From NCBI GenBank assembly GCA_030390025.1, contig CM059432.1:99388001-99452000 (forward strand): a stretch of 64,000 bases of DNA. Direction: 5' to 3'. Positions 13,351-26,549 of this stretch are shown here, piece after piece; the first letter of the stretch is position 1; each line of letters starts with the position of its first letter. Both the position numbers and the translations under genes were made by a program. The notes below the pieces were generated by a model. The model worked only from the letters and a program-made list of their open reading frames with translations. It searched no databases and was not told the DNA's origin. This DNA comes from Squalus acanthias (Eukaryota).

Positions 13351-14151
13351 GTACTAAATAAAAACCACTGGGGACCACATTCCTTTCTCGTCACCAGCTC
13401 ACATTAACATTTTTACTTTAGAATATATATGTGTTTGAATGTAGGAACCACTTATTTACCAATGCAGTTCTAAACAAAAGTAATGTGGAATATCATCCAT
13501 ATTATCGGCTTGCTTATGCAACAAGGTTATTTAATTTTCATAGATCAATAACAATACGTCTATATTATAGAACAATTGACAGTGAACGCAGCATGCTGGT
13601 ATAGAACTTGTAATGATTATTAAATGCTTCCAACATATAGAACATGTTTTCTGCTGCTATAAAATTATTCATACTTTGACAGAACAGCAATCCTGAAAAA
13701 TATTTTTGACTGGATTCAGTTAATAGTTCAATTTCAAATGTGTAAATCCCTGTTCAATGTCATTTTTAAATCCTTCACCAACATGCTAAGCTTTTTGAAA
13801 TACTCCTAGACAATAATTGCCTTTTTGGTTCTATTTATTTTACCACAGAATTTAATAGTAACTGAAATTTTCCTGCTCGCTATTCCCTCCTCAATAATCT
13901 TTCTAAAGATCTAAAAGGATAATCGAGCCCAGGATTAATTCCTGAGGTATTTCCACTCAACTCTGCACAAAACAATTGCCTTTAATACCCACTCTCTGCT
14001 TCAGCTTTCCTAAGCACAGTTCTAACCACTTTGTTACCTACAGTCTTCCCATATTATTTCCGTGCAATATTTTGTGAAAGTCTAAAACAATGTAACATTA
14101 ACACCTTTAAAAACAAAAATTCAAAAGAGATTTGAGCAGCAGGAGGAAACA

Positions 14152-14780
14152 ACATAGGATTACATAGGATGACATAGGATTACATAGGATGACATAGGAT
14201 TACAGAGGATATGCAGCACAGAAACAGGCCATTCGGCCCAACCAGTCCATGCCACTGTTTATGCTCCACTCGAGCCTCCTCCCGTCTTTCCTCATCTAAC
14301 ACTATCAGTATAACCCTCTATTCCCTTCTCCCTCATTTGCTTATCTAGCCTTCCCTTAAATGCATCTGTACTATTCGCTTCAACCACTCCCTGTGGTAGC
14401 GAGTTCCACATTCTCACCACTCTCTGGGTAAAGAGCTTCTTCTGAATCTAACGATCCACTCTGCTACTTGCCCCCTGACTCCGCATTCTCTGAACTTATT
14501 AATTAGTCTATTATGTGGTACCTTATCGAAGGCCTTTTGGAAGTCTAGAAAAATTGCATCCACTGCATTACCCTTATCTACTCTCCCTGTTACCTCTTCA
14601 AAGAATTCAATGAGGTTGGTCAAGCAAGACTTTCCCTTTTGAAATCCATGTTGACTATTCCTTATTATATTTTTTGTTTCCAGATGTTTTACTATTTTAT
14701 CCTTTAGCAGGGAGTCTATTATTTTTCCTTTTACCGATGTTAAGCTGACTGGTCTATAGTTCCCTGGACATGTTATATCT
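14152..14780 (-). mobile_element. CR1 LINE fragment (3' end with decamer tail joined to an internal RT piece)
   Basis: TNLIEFFEEVT...LDFQKAFDKVPH; (acataggatt/g)n tail at 14152-14210. Confidence 0.85.
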
Positions 14781-15085
14781 TATGTTGACACTTATGTTGA
14801 CTCTTATGGTACATTTATGTTGTTAGGTTTACTGCTGATGGCAGCTCTGAATTCAGCAACAAACTGACAAAGCCATTAAAGTGGTGCAAGTACTGGCAGA
14901 GATGGTGCAAACAATCTAAAAATAGTGGTAGAGCAGTGTTGACTTCAACCACATTTTAAATGCAGAGCAGATTGCAGATGGAGGTAGAGGTAGCCTTGTT
15001 TGTTGGCCATCAAGAGGATCAGTAGGTGAGGTACTCGCTCTCTCTTGCCCCTCCACCCCATACAGGACAGAACAGCAGTTTTATT

Positions 15086-15828
15086 GGCCTGTAATTTCTG
15101 ATAGGAGGCTTCCTGCGTGCCTATCAGAAAAAAATCTACGCTCTTACCTGAGGGCTCCTGAGGTCCGGCCATTTCCGATCCTGGGCCTCTCCACAGTCGA
15201 AATGCGCAGGGCCCACGTATCCCAGGGGCGCATGCAGTTCTCAAGCATCCCTGGGATCACATGGGCCCGGCCAGCCAATAGGAGAAGGGAATCTCCCTTC
15301 ATACTTTTGACAGATAGACCCGTCAAAAGTATGAATGGAGATCACTGAAAAAAGACATCAAAACATTAAATAAATTTATAAAACAACATCAGTTTTTTTT
15401 AAATGAGTTAAAATTACGTTAAATTAAATATTTTAAACAAAAATGTAATTTTTTGAAAAAAATAATTGAAATTTTTTTACGGGGCTAAAAATAAACTTAC
15501 CTTTTTTTAAGTATTTTTAAATTATAAATGAGTGAAATTTTTTTTTAAACTTTTTTCAACTCTTATGCTGGTAAAAGCAGTCCTTACGCCTGCTTTTACC
15601 AGACATAAGATTTCTAAGGGTTTTCAACGGGCGGAGGTTCTGCAAAGAGTGGAACTCTCCACCCGCAGAGGCCCTTCTCTAGGGCAGGTGTCCGATCTGT
15701 CAAGAGGATTCTTGACAGATCGGAAATGCTGGTCTTCAGCACATGCGCTTTGCATGCCTGAAACTGGCATTTCTGATGGCCCTACGGGTGTGTACACAGC
15801 TTCTGGTCTGCGCAGACCTTTCTCAGCC
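15086..15828 (-). mobile_element. Harbinger-type MITE family C
   Basis: Reverse-complement homologue of 58286-59019; internal palindrome catacttttgac...gtcaaaagtatg; flanks att/act. Confidence 0.82.
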
Positions 15829-18800
15829 ACTAAGGGAAGTAACTGTCATGTTTCAGGATTTCTGACCATTTCACCATGGAAGGATCTTGGTATGATTTAC
15901 ATTAAAATGCTACAGTTAAGTTCCGTTCTCAAGGAATTAAATTTGCCAAATAAAAGCACTGGAGCATTTGTATTAAAACCAGTTGAGCCAGTTTGTGCAA
16001 TGATGCTCCTTGTATAGTACGCCAGCCTTCAGACAACAGAAGTTCTTTAGCCCTTACTCATTTGGGCCAAAGATCCGCATGGGGGTTGCTGGGATGCGAT
16101 GGCCAAGAACCTCTGCCACTGACCCCACCAAAGTTCATGAAGTCAGGGGGATAGCCCTTAATATACATATGAATGGCAGGTGTTCGTGTCACTAGAACAT
16201 CCAGAGTGCCAACCCATCCCCAGAGGCCACAAATTCAGACAAATGCTGCCAGCTCTGGGATAGCTGCTTGAGAGATTAAGCACAAATTATGCACACTTGT
16301 GTGTTGAGATGATGTGAGATCACACTCCTCAACGTCGATGGCAAGACAAAATCTGCCAAGGCACTGGCAATTCCCCGTATCAAGCAAATGGACAAAGTGT
16401 GTATACCCCAAAGTGATTCCTTGCAACCTGTCACACCGTAAAACTCTTTCATTGCTTCATATGCAATAAAATAGCAGCAGAAAGCAACACTGTTGTAAAA
16501 AAAGCTGTAAATAAAAAAGCTTGCAATGCAAGAAATCAACGACAGATACCAGCAAAAAGTAAAACACCAACAAAAACGTTGAGAAAGCACTATAATAATA
16601 CAAAAAGGACCAACTTTGAAAACAAGCCTGAAAACTGCTATACATCTTTAAGAAGCTAACTTTTATATATCAAGCCAACTAGGCAACCATGTACAGTACC
16701 TGTTTTATATGGGCTAACTGCAACTAAGGCCAAAAAATATGAAATCTAGCATGAGCCTAATTGCATAGGGATTGGCTGCTGTAATTATGCTCGTGTCCGA
16801 TGACAACAAGGCCTAAAAAATTAAGCATACAGACTTCCGTGCTCAGTTCTGGGGCTTATGCTGCCAATCAGTGAGGCTCTGTGGCTTGAACCGGGCCTCA
16901 CAGAATTTACCCTAACATGATAGAACAACAATTATTTGTACGTCAGCCTACCATAGAGAGAATGTCAACCAACATACTGACTGCAATGGAAACCTTAGGC
17001 CTGGATTTTCCTCCAAGGTGGCTTCACTCTGGAAGAAGGTCAGGGCAGGACCCCTGAAAATGAGAAGACCCACCACCCCAACCTTACCATGACCCCAACC
17101 TATTTTCCTGGATGGAGGCTGTTTCACCACACAGGGCAGATTCTCACCAAGAAGGAGTCCATAGCTACTAGGGAAGCAGTGCTGAGGCCAGATACTAGTT
17201 GTAGCATCAGAAGAGGAGGATAAATACTTAAGGAGGACAGAAATGCCTTGAAGCTGAATAGAAGTTTAGATCTCAGACTCAGTTGAAGCCTAAACAAGGT
17301 CCAGGAATTTCCTCCAAGCTGCTCCCATTCTGCCGCCGACTGCCGTAACTTTGCTGAAAATGCAGTGGAAACCCTGTTTCCTCTACACTACCAAGGAAGT
17401 TACAACAGTGGAGCAAGAACAGCTCCAAGGACATTTTTGGCCTAGGTACATTTTTGGGGCCTGAAGGGATGGAGAAAAATAACCACTTTTCAGCCCTCTC
17501 CCTCCAAAAGGGTCTTCAGCAGGTCTTCCATTGGTTCCTCAGGACATATATTTAAATAGCACTTTTCATGTCCTCAGGGCATACCTAATGCTTCACAGGC
17601 AATAACTTGCTTTTTAAAGAGTAGTCACTGTTGTTTTGTAAGTCAACATGACAGCCAAGTAAATCTTGCACATCAAGGACCCATAAACAGCAATGAGATA
17701 AATAACCAGTTAATCTGACTCATTAGCAAGCATATTACCACAGGGCCAAGCTGACACACATTACAATATATTAACACATTGTTACAATAGTGGTCAAAGG
17801 AATTTGAATCAAATGTGTTAGAAATTTGTACAATAACATCACACGGTAATTTTCAGGGTCTTGTTTTTTTGAAGATAAAAGTGCAAGTACTTTCCCAAAT
17901 GGTTAAATCGTTCTGCCTTCCACAGATTGCACATGAACAATACAAAATATGGTCACAGTCATATCACTGGTTATTTTCATTGACCAGTAAATGGATTCAC
18001 TTTAAATTCTTCTTCACTTCTCAAATTCATTTAAAAAATGTATTTTCAAACATAAATTATTCCAAACAAATGTTATTGCGGTGAAATGAATTTTGCCTTG
18101 TGACTTCATTCATTTATTTATTTAGCATTGCTTTTGCTGTGATAGTCTTGAATTGTTTTAAAACATAATTTCTCAAGCATGGATACTGCATGACCCATTG
18201 GCATTACTTTGGTTGTTCATAGCACATTATGCAAATCCCATTTGTCTACTTTGTCATGAACTTTTTATTTAATGCACTCTCCCATTCAATATTCAATATA
18301 TATATATATATTTTAATGTTAGATGTTTATCTCCTCAGTCCCAGGCTACTTCATGTTATCACTGATGTGAAGTATCCCAGAAGGTGTCTGCCACTTCAGA
18401 CTAACCTGAAAGCTTGTTTGGTACTGCCGACTACACTACTGCCTGGGTAATCTGATCATTAATAGTCATAGTTGTCATTTTGTTCATAATTTAGATAAAT
18501 TGACACTGATAACTTCAAATCATCAATTCCATTAATGTGGGGGGAAGCTTTCCTCTATGCATTATATGAAACAAAATCATAAGCTGTTCTTTATAAATGC
18601 ATTTACAATGTAGCTACATTAAGCACACAGAGGCAGTATTCCTCCATGGAGATCAAGGACATATATGGCCGATTGTTATAAATGCAACTTTTATCACTGT
18701 TAAGAATGAAATTGCTTCTATCAGCTGAATGAATAAAAAGATTATAGCTCATGTGTGCATTACTATTATACATGACATTCATTGTTACAACGAACAATTA

Positions 18801-19039
18801 TGAGGGCAATAATCTGGTTCTAAGTGGTTGACCTTGGCCAAATATGTGAGATCAGTTCAGTAGCACATTTTGATGGTGCTTCTAGTGAGTTGCACATATG
18901 CTGAGGTTCCTGCACAGCCGTTCTTAAAAAAGCTGAGGGCTTCTCTTAAAGGTTTATTTGGTGAAAGAACAATCAGATCAGCAACTAGCCTTTAGAGGTC
19001 CTACTGTAGGAAGTCCTGCAATGAAGGTTGGTTCTATTT

Positions 19040-20135
19040 GGTGGATAGGACCACCCCAGCAATTAAGAATAGAATCAGAGCAATGTGGATGGAGGTGACA
19101 GAGCACATCAATGTGGTCTCATCTGTGGCTGAACTGGGAAGCAGGGGAGGAAGAATATTTTGGCTTACATAAAGTTGCAAAATGTGCAAACATGTGACAA
19201 CATTGGAATAAGGTTGTATTGCCAAGCTTTTTTATTGATCTTCATGAATGCAAGGAACTGACCTTTGTAAATGCACAAGCATGCAAATTTTCTTTCACTT
19301 CACTGCGCCAGATTAACATATCACAGTGCTGCCTGTGTTGGCCATTTATTTCAAGCACAAAGTAATCTCTCAGTACAAGATTCCTTACAGGTGCATGCTC
19401 ACACACTCACATAAGGTGGCCATACTCCTGGGCGCTTTAGTAGAGCTCAGCTTCGCTCACTCATTCGCTTTCTTACAAATTTCACTTGTATTTCAGCGAA
19501 AGGTACCACATAACAGGAGGTAGCACTTGCTGATTGGACGGAGTCACCAAAGCTATGACTCTTGACTTCTTATGAGGAGGCAGCCATCAAAACTATGGAC
19601 CTGGACACAATAGAATGAATGAAAGATGATGAAGTCAGATTGATGCTCCCTCCAAGCATATAGCTAGTATCCATTGCTTATATCCTCATTTATTCACTTC
19701 TTAATTTCTCACACACAAGGAGATATTGCAACATTTCAATGTAGCACACTTCAATCTCTGGTCTTATACAGCAATGTTTCAGGGGTGTCTCACTGCAAAC
19801 ATTTAAATATAGTCTTCTGCTGTTCCTCCTGGTGCGCAAAAGGAGGCAACCAAGGCAACTCCACAGCTTCAACTTAGCACCGCAGAGCACCTTGCATCAC
19901 GCACTACTAGTTCTGTTACCGATGTATCCAGAGACGACTTGCCAGCTGGCTCAACATGGGAGCCAGCCGATTACCCTCACTCCCACAAACAGCAAACTGC
20001 AGCAGGGTGCCCATTTGTCGACCGCAGCGTGCTGGCAGCATTCAAATGAGGGCCGATCCCAAATATGATTCAGGCCTTGCGAAGCCGGCTTTGGGCAGGC
20101 GGCATGGCTGCTCCACTGGCTTCATGCCCATTTCA
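19040..20135 (+). mobile_element. Highly degraded Harbinger Myb/SANT remnant
   Basis: ttttcag/cgaaaggtaccacataacaggagg resembles exon 2 (AKLAHNRR) of the intact gene; LTSYEEAAI-like segment follows. Confidence 0.45.
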
Positions 20136-20379
20136 GGTAAGAAAGAAAGACTTGCATTTATATATCGCCTTTCACGACCTCGGGGCATTCCAACGTGCTT
20201 TATAGTCAATGAAGTACTTTTGAAGTGTAAAAGTTGAAATTCTCTCCTGTGGGCTTCAATAATAATTACGTACATGTGTGACTAGTAATTAATCCTTTTG
20301 CATGAGATGAGCTAGGCCCGGTTGGCAATGGGCAATGTGAGTTAGCACAACCTCGCATCTCCTCTGAATTATTACTTCA

Positions 20380-21725
20380 ACTGTGTCAGCTGTGGCACTC
20401 TTGCCTCTGGGTCAGAAGGTTCTGGGTTCACAGACCCACTCCAGGACTTGAGCACATAAAGCTAGGCTGCCACTCCAGTGCAGTGCTGAGGGAGTGCTGC
20501 ACTGTCAGAGATGCCATCTTTTGGAAAAGATGTTAAACCGAGGGCCCGTTTGCTCTCTCAGGTGGACGTAAAAGATCCCATGGCACTATTTCGAAGAAGA
20601 GCAGGGGAATTATCCCTGGGGGGAAAGATTCGGTTGCTTTGCACCTCCCGTTAGCGCCCTAAGCAAAGTAACTAGCGCCCGGGCGCAGCGATATTTGCAC
20701 CGCTCACGAAATTGACCAGACATTTTGCGGCAGTGCTAAATACTACCGTCACGATCTTCTGCGCCCGCAGATCGTGATGTCAGTAGCGTGCAATGCCCCG
20801 GTAGCGCCCCGGACCGGATATTGAATGGTGCCCCCTGCCTTACCGCCTGCCGCTAGCAACGACAGGTTGAGGGGAGCATTTTGCAGTCGGGAAGGGACTG
20901 AGGGAGTGCTATTTAAAGGCGACCGCTTCCTGCCTTTTTTCGTCGGCGACATTTTTGCACCACGCATTCTGAGAGAGAGAGAGAGACTTCTGGAGAGATT
21001 CAAAGCTGTTTGAAGGAGTTTTGGGGACTGAGCAGCACTTTGCAGGTTCATTTTGATTTGACCTTCCTTGCACTGATTTAGAAGAGACTTTGGGGGCTGC
21101 ACTCTGAGCTCTTTCCCTGTGCCTCTCTATTGTTCTTTCCAGCAGATTTGATGTACAGGTCTCTCCAGGCCGAGATTCAAGGCTGCAATGAGCAGAGTGT
21201 GGCTGGAGAGCAAGATCGACCCTCCCCTTTAAGAATTGGCCGGCGCCAGTGTGTCTGTGTTCCATTGCTGACTGACATCACATGAGCTTCGCCAGCGTTC
21301 TGAGGAAGCGCCTCGCTCCTCGGCGTTAGCGCCTTAAGAGAGGTGTGTAGTGCCTGATTTAGCGCTCCAATCACCTCCAGGGGTGATAGAAGCCATGTTT
21401 GCAGTTGGAAGCGATAATTAGCGGCAGGCGCTAAACTTTGCACCCGGCCGATAATTGCGCCCCAAAGGGGGCAATACCAAATTTCTCCCCCAGAGTGTCC
21501 TGGCCAATATTTATCCCTCAACCAAAATAACAAAAACAGATTATCTGGTTATTATCACATTGCTGTTTGTGGGACCTTGCTGTGCGCAAATTGGCCACCG
21601 TGTTTCCCACATTACAACAGTGACTCCACTTCAAAAAGTACTTAATTGGCTGTAAAGTGCTTTGAGACATCCGGTGGTTGTGAAAGGTGCTATATAAATG
21701 CAAGTCTTTCCTTTCTTTCTTTCTT
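20380..21725 (+). mobile_element. DeuSINE (SacSINE1-like) SINE split by a Harbinger derivative at 20619-21491
   Basis: tRNA-like head (gggttca..cccact), central gtaaaagatcccatggcactatttcgaagaagagcagggg, 3' tail aaaggtgctatataaatgcaag(tctt)n. Confidence 0.85.
20619..21491 (-). mobile_element. Internally deleted derivative of the autonomous Harbinger at 60751 (family B)
   Basis: The reverse complement of ~21150-21491 aligns along its length with 60751-61090; TIRs gggggaaagatt / aatttctccccc. Confidence 0.85.
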
Positions 21726-22599
21726 TCAAATAGGTCTCTGCTAAAAGCTGCTCTCCCAAAAGGAGAAGACGCTGTTAGTTTGAAAACACATTTGCACCAG
21801 AACTGTATTTCCGTCTCACAGTGAAAAAACAGCACCTGTTAGTATGACAAGTCATTAATCCATTAATTGACCTTGATAAGTAGCGAGTGCTGATTTCACA
21901 CCAGGATGTTAGTTCAAACAAGTTCTTTCTTGGCAGGACCAAGTGTAAGGAATAACCGGAATACAAGCAGCTGCTACATTTTTCTTTCTCAGTTTTTCAC
22001 CATTTTGACACATATCTCCAAGGGTGTTAGCAATGGAAAATGTCAGAGGTCATTTCATGAACATGTGCTCCTGGTGTGGAACTTCACACACTGGGAGCCC
22101 ATATGGCCGATTTGGGCATACACTCCCCATGAGATTCTCTCCATACTCGAAAGAAGGAAGCATGATTCCGTAAAATTAGTGGATGGAAAATTAACATATA
22201 TAAAATCATGGGGATGCTGCCCAAATGACTGATACGCACTCCAGAGAGACGATGCTCCGCACCAGAAATATAAATTCTAAAACTACCCAATTTCTGTATA
22301 TTTTATCTGCATGTATATATAGGTAGTCTTAGCCCAGCAGTAACTGGATGTGTATCATGCAGCTAGTCTGTGTTGGAAGAGCGGGGGTGGTTGTTACTGC
22401 TGGGAAATGCAGGTAACATGGAGGTCCTTCCGATTTTAATGGCATGACCCCATTTGAATTGTTTTTCTCCATTTCCAGGCCAGCAGCCAGCCAAATTGAG
22501 AGTCTGTCGGGTGGGAAAGCCTGCGTAGGAAGTCAGCAGCCGGGGTGCAGAGAGGAGGGCGGGAGGGAGAGATCGCGGGTCGGGGGGGAGATCGGAGTG

Positions 22600-24833
22600 T
22601 GGGTCGGGGGCAGGTCCCGACCCCGCTGCTGGCTCCATCCCGCTCTGTAGAATTAATTCACGATGATTAGGCTTGTTAAGCCCGCCCGGCCAATTGAAGG
22701 AAGCGGGTCTGATGACGTCATTTGATGACACATCATCAGACGGTTTCCTTAAAAGGACCATGCGCAAATTGTTTTTGACAGTTGTGCTGTCAGTGTTCTA
22801 CAGTATTGAGGTGCTGCAAACACTGACAAGCACTGCATAGAGGTGCACGGCTACACCCAGGCTCTCCCTTGAGTCCCTCCATATGCTTATGGATGGAGTC
22901 ACAGCACACAGGGATGGAAGAGACCTCCCCAGGAGACCAACGCAGCCTAGTTACACAGGAGGGCACAAGCAGGGATGTTGTCAGGAGGACCAGGCTGCAG
23001 TGGCGCAAACCTTTCAATTATCTCAGTAGATCACAAAACATTACTGCAAAGCCACACTCAACCTCATCCTGCTGTGCTACTCATCACATCCCCATCACTC
23101 TGCCTTCCCTACCCTACTCCTGCACATCCTTACTCACACCAACTTACCTTGCACCTCCAACACACCCTCTCTATCTACTTATCACTTCCCCATCTCACTA
23201 GCCACACCTCACACTCACCCTCATCCTAGTCCAATCATACCAACTAACAACACACAAGGGTAGGCACTTGGGTGTTTTATGCAATGTTCATGTAAAGTTT
23301 CTGTTAATGTGGTGTCAAACATTGAAACCTTTATTTTGAACACTTTGTGTTCTTGGACAGATCTGTGTGCACCTTTGGAAGTGGCTTAGTGAGTTGCAGT
23401 GAATGGTGAGACATAATGGCCCAGAAATTGATCTCGCTCTGTTCCCGCGGGGGTAAGCCTTCCCCGCGATGTCTCACCTCGCTTATGCTTTTTCTGATCC
23501 AGCTCGCACGAACTTGATGTTCCAGACATCAGCTGTGCTGGGCTTGCGTATCCCAGCGGCGTAGTGAATTCGTGCGAGCTGTGGGATCACGTGACTCAGT
23601 TAGAGCCAATGGCAGCACACCATCTTCCATTCATAAGTCTCACAGCATGGCTGTGAGACTTATGAATCTTACACCCCCCCAAAATAACAGCTAAACCTCA
23701 ATTAAATTTAAAAAAAAACCATCACATTAATAAAATAAGTATAGTTAATTAAATTAACCATTTTAAATAAAAAATTAAATTTTTGAAAAAATTTAAAATC
23801 TTTTAAAAAGTTATAAAAATAAACTTACCTGTCTTTAAAGTCTATAAAAAAGATATACCTGTAAAAAAAAATTCAAAAAAATACTTAATTCACTACTTAC
23901 CTTCTTAAAAGCGGGTCTTACTCCTCCTTTTTACATTTCCAAAATCTTCCCTACTTACCTGCGCGTCCAAAGCATGAAGTGCACAGCGTGCGCGCAGCCT
24001 GTAGCGCGCACGCGATGCACCCAGGCCCCGCCCCCTTTTCGGAAGAGCAATTGCCGGTTTTCAGCGCATGCGCAGGGCATGCAGAAAACCGGCAATTGGA
24101 GTGGAATTACGCGAGAGTATGCAGTGCGTACTCTCGCGTCCCGGGATCAATTTTCGGCCCATTGGTACCCCCCGCAATGCTGATGAATGTAAAAGGAATG
24201 GCTTGGACATTGTAGGGATGCTTTATGGTGTTGGTGTGGGGTGGTGCCAACCTCGCGCATCATGTGGCAGCCAGGGTGTACAGCGTAAAGTTAAGTAAAT
24301 CTGGCCATGGTGAGTCCATCCCTGGTGTCCCAGGCAGCAATGTGGTCGGGTGCTGATGCCCTGTGTCCTGTGCAGCATCAGTTGATTGCGGAGAAGGTTG
24401 GTGTTGTTGCTGGTGCTGCTGGTGTGCCTGGTGCTGTTGGTGTTGGGGCTGATCGTGGTCAGATTCTGAGCGCCAAGGTGACAGAGTGTAAATGGTTCCC
24501 ATCCTGATGGAGTAGATAGCAGTTGAAGGTGAGATGACAGAAGCACTCTGTCAAAGGTGAGAGAGATTGCTGCAATGAGGTGAGCCTGGCTGGAGAGTTT
24601 GCTACAAAGACTTGCAGCCTGCATAAAGCACAATCTGTCTTCCAAGGGGAGAAACCAAAGAGTCCCAATTGCCTCCCCCGCCGCTGCGTGTTGTGTCTGT
24701 ACAGCGTTGGCAGACCCGGGATTCGGGAAAGTCGCGTAGCGGCGGGTCAACAGTGGGTTCCTGACCCACTGTATGTCTTTCCCACCCGACCCACCGCCAA
24801 ACGTGCTCGCTGACACCCTGAAAAATTCTCCCC
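22600..24833 (-). mobile_element. Non-autonomous Harbinger (~1.75 kb family), copy 2, containing a family A MITE
   Basis: Reverse-complement homologue of 9059-10817 and 37429-39218; right TIR aaaaattctcccc; left terminus not resolved. Confidence 0.82.
23418..24160 (+). mobile_element. MITE family A, copy 2
   Basis: Same 743-bp sequence; interrupts the host motif gagacataat/ggtacc; flanks aat/att. Confidence 0.92.
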
Positions 24834-25175
24834 ATTGTCACTGTTGTAATGTAGGAAACATGGCAGCCAATTTGCATACAGCAAGCTCCCACATACAGCA
24901 GTGTGGTAATGGCCAGATAAATCTGTTTTTAGGTGTTGATTGAGGGATAAATATTGGCCAAAACACCAGGGAGAACACTCCTGCTCTTCTTTTAAAAGTG
25001 CCACGGGACCTTTTACCTCCACCTGAGAGGGCAGACAGGACCTCGTTTTAAAATCTCATCCAAAAGACGGTATCTCCGACAGTGCAGCACTCCCTCAGCA
25101 CTGCACTGGAGTGTCAGCCTAGATTTTGTGCTCAAATCCTTGGAGTGGGACTTGAACCCACAACTTCTGACTCAG
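24834..25175 (-). mobile_element. DeuSINE-like SINE
   Basis: Reverse-complement homologue of the SINE at 20380. Confidence 0.85.
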
Positions 25176-25316
<141 letters not shown>

Positions 25317-25710
25317 TACTTGCATTCATATAGCACCTTTCTCGACCACCGGACATCTCAAAGCACTTTACAGCCAATGTACTTATTGAAGCGTAGTCAC
25401 TGTTGTAATGTGGGAAACGTGGCAGCCAATTTGCGCACAGCAAGGTCCCACAAACAGCAATGTGATAATGATCAGATAATCTGTTTTTGTTATGTTGGTT
25501 TCGGGATAAATATTGGCCAGGACACCGGGGATAACTCACCTGCTCTTCTTCGAAATGGTGCCATGGGATCTTTTACGTCCACCTGAGAGAGCAGACGGGG
25601 CCTCGGTTTAATGTCTCATCCGAAAGACTGCACCTCTGACAGTGCAGGACTCCCTCAGCACTGCACTGGAGAGTCAGCCTAGCTTTATGTGCTCAAGTCC
25701 CTGGAGGCAA
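25317..25710 (-). mobile_element. DeuSINE-like SINE
   Basis: Reverse-complement homologue of the SINE at 20380. Confidence 0.85.
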
Positions 25711-25784
25711 GAGTGCTACATCATATTTGTTAGTAGATTTACTGGTAATGTTTAGTTTGGGAACTAAAAGTACAGAAAGATAGA

Positions 25785-26428
25785 GGGGGAGAAATTCGGT
25801 TATGCCCCGTATGGGGGCAGTAACCGAATTAGCGCCAGCCATTTAGCACCCAGCACGGGAGTACCACCCCGGCCTGCTAAATCAGGCTTACCACCCCGGC
25901 ATGGAAGGGGAGCGCTATCTCAGGCACTCCACTTCCTCTCGGGGCAGTGTCTGGGTCGCAAAGCGCGGTAGCGCCAGAGCACTACACGGCTGCTCCATTA
26001 AAGGGGAGGGACGCTGCGCACTCTGCAAGCCGTTTGACAGCCTCCACTAGCCCACCAGGGCGGCGTGGTGCCATGGCTGCGCGATGGTGGTCACGGTCCT
26101 TGTCAAGGGTCACCACGAGGGCCGACTGCAGGCGCAGCCAGGCTTCCCCTTAATTACCGCCTCACGCGCGGAGGTCGGCCCGGTTCGCGACCCGCGAGGC
26201 TGTCGCTGACATTGCCCATGGCAGCTTCGCAGGGCACAGCCGAATTTCTGCCACGGGGCGCTAAGGGGTCATGTCGCTTGGCGATGACATTATCACCGGC
26301 GGCGCAGCACCGTGGGGTGCTACCAGGCTACTGCCGCCACTAACCTCCCGCTGAATTTCGCGGGAGGCGTTAGTGGCGCCGTGCCCAGGCGCCAGGGGAT
26401 TTGCGCCCCGTTAGCGCCCTGAAATTCA
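25785..26428 (+). mobile_element. Harbinger MITE, family B-like
   Basis: Terminus gggggagaaattcgg; shared subterminal motif ctaacctcccgctgaattt. Confidence 0.72.
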
Positions 26429-26549
26429 GCAGGAGTTGGAGTGAGGTAGAGGAGTCACAGCACAATTTCACAACTGAAAAAATGAGACAACACCAAGGCA
26501 GAGGCGCTGCAGAAGGGGGACAGAGTCATGAAGTGGAGCCATCTGCTAA

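Noticed and set aside
20400..20450. tRNA gene
   Set aside because: Only a degenerate tRNA-derived SINE head; no complete cloverleaf
23823..23831. U1 snRNA gene fragment (ACTTACCTG)
   Set aside because: The match is limited to 9 nt with no downstream U1 body; better read as a minus-strand splice-donor consensus
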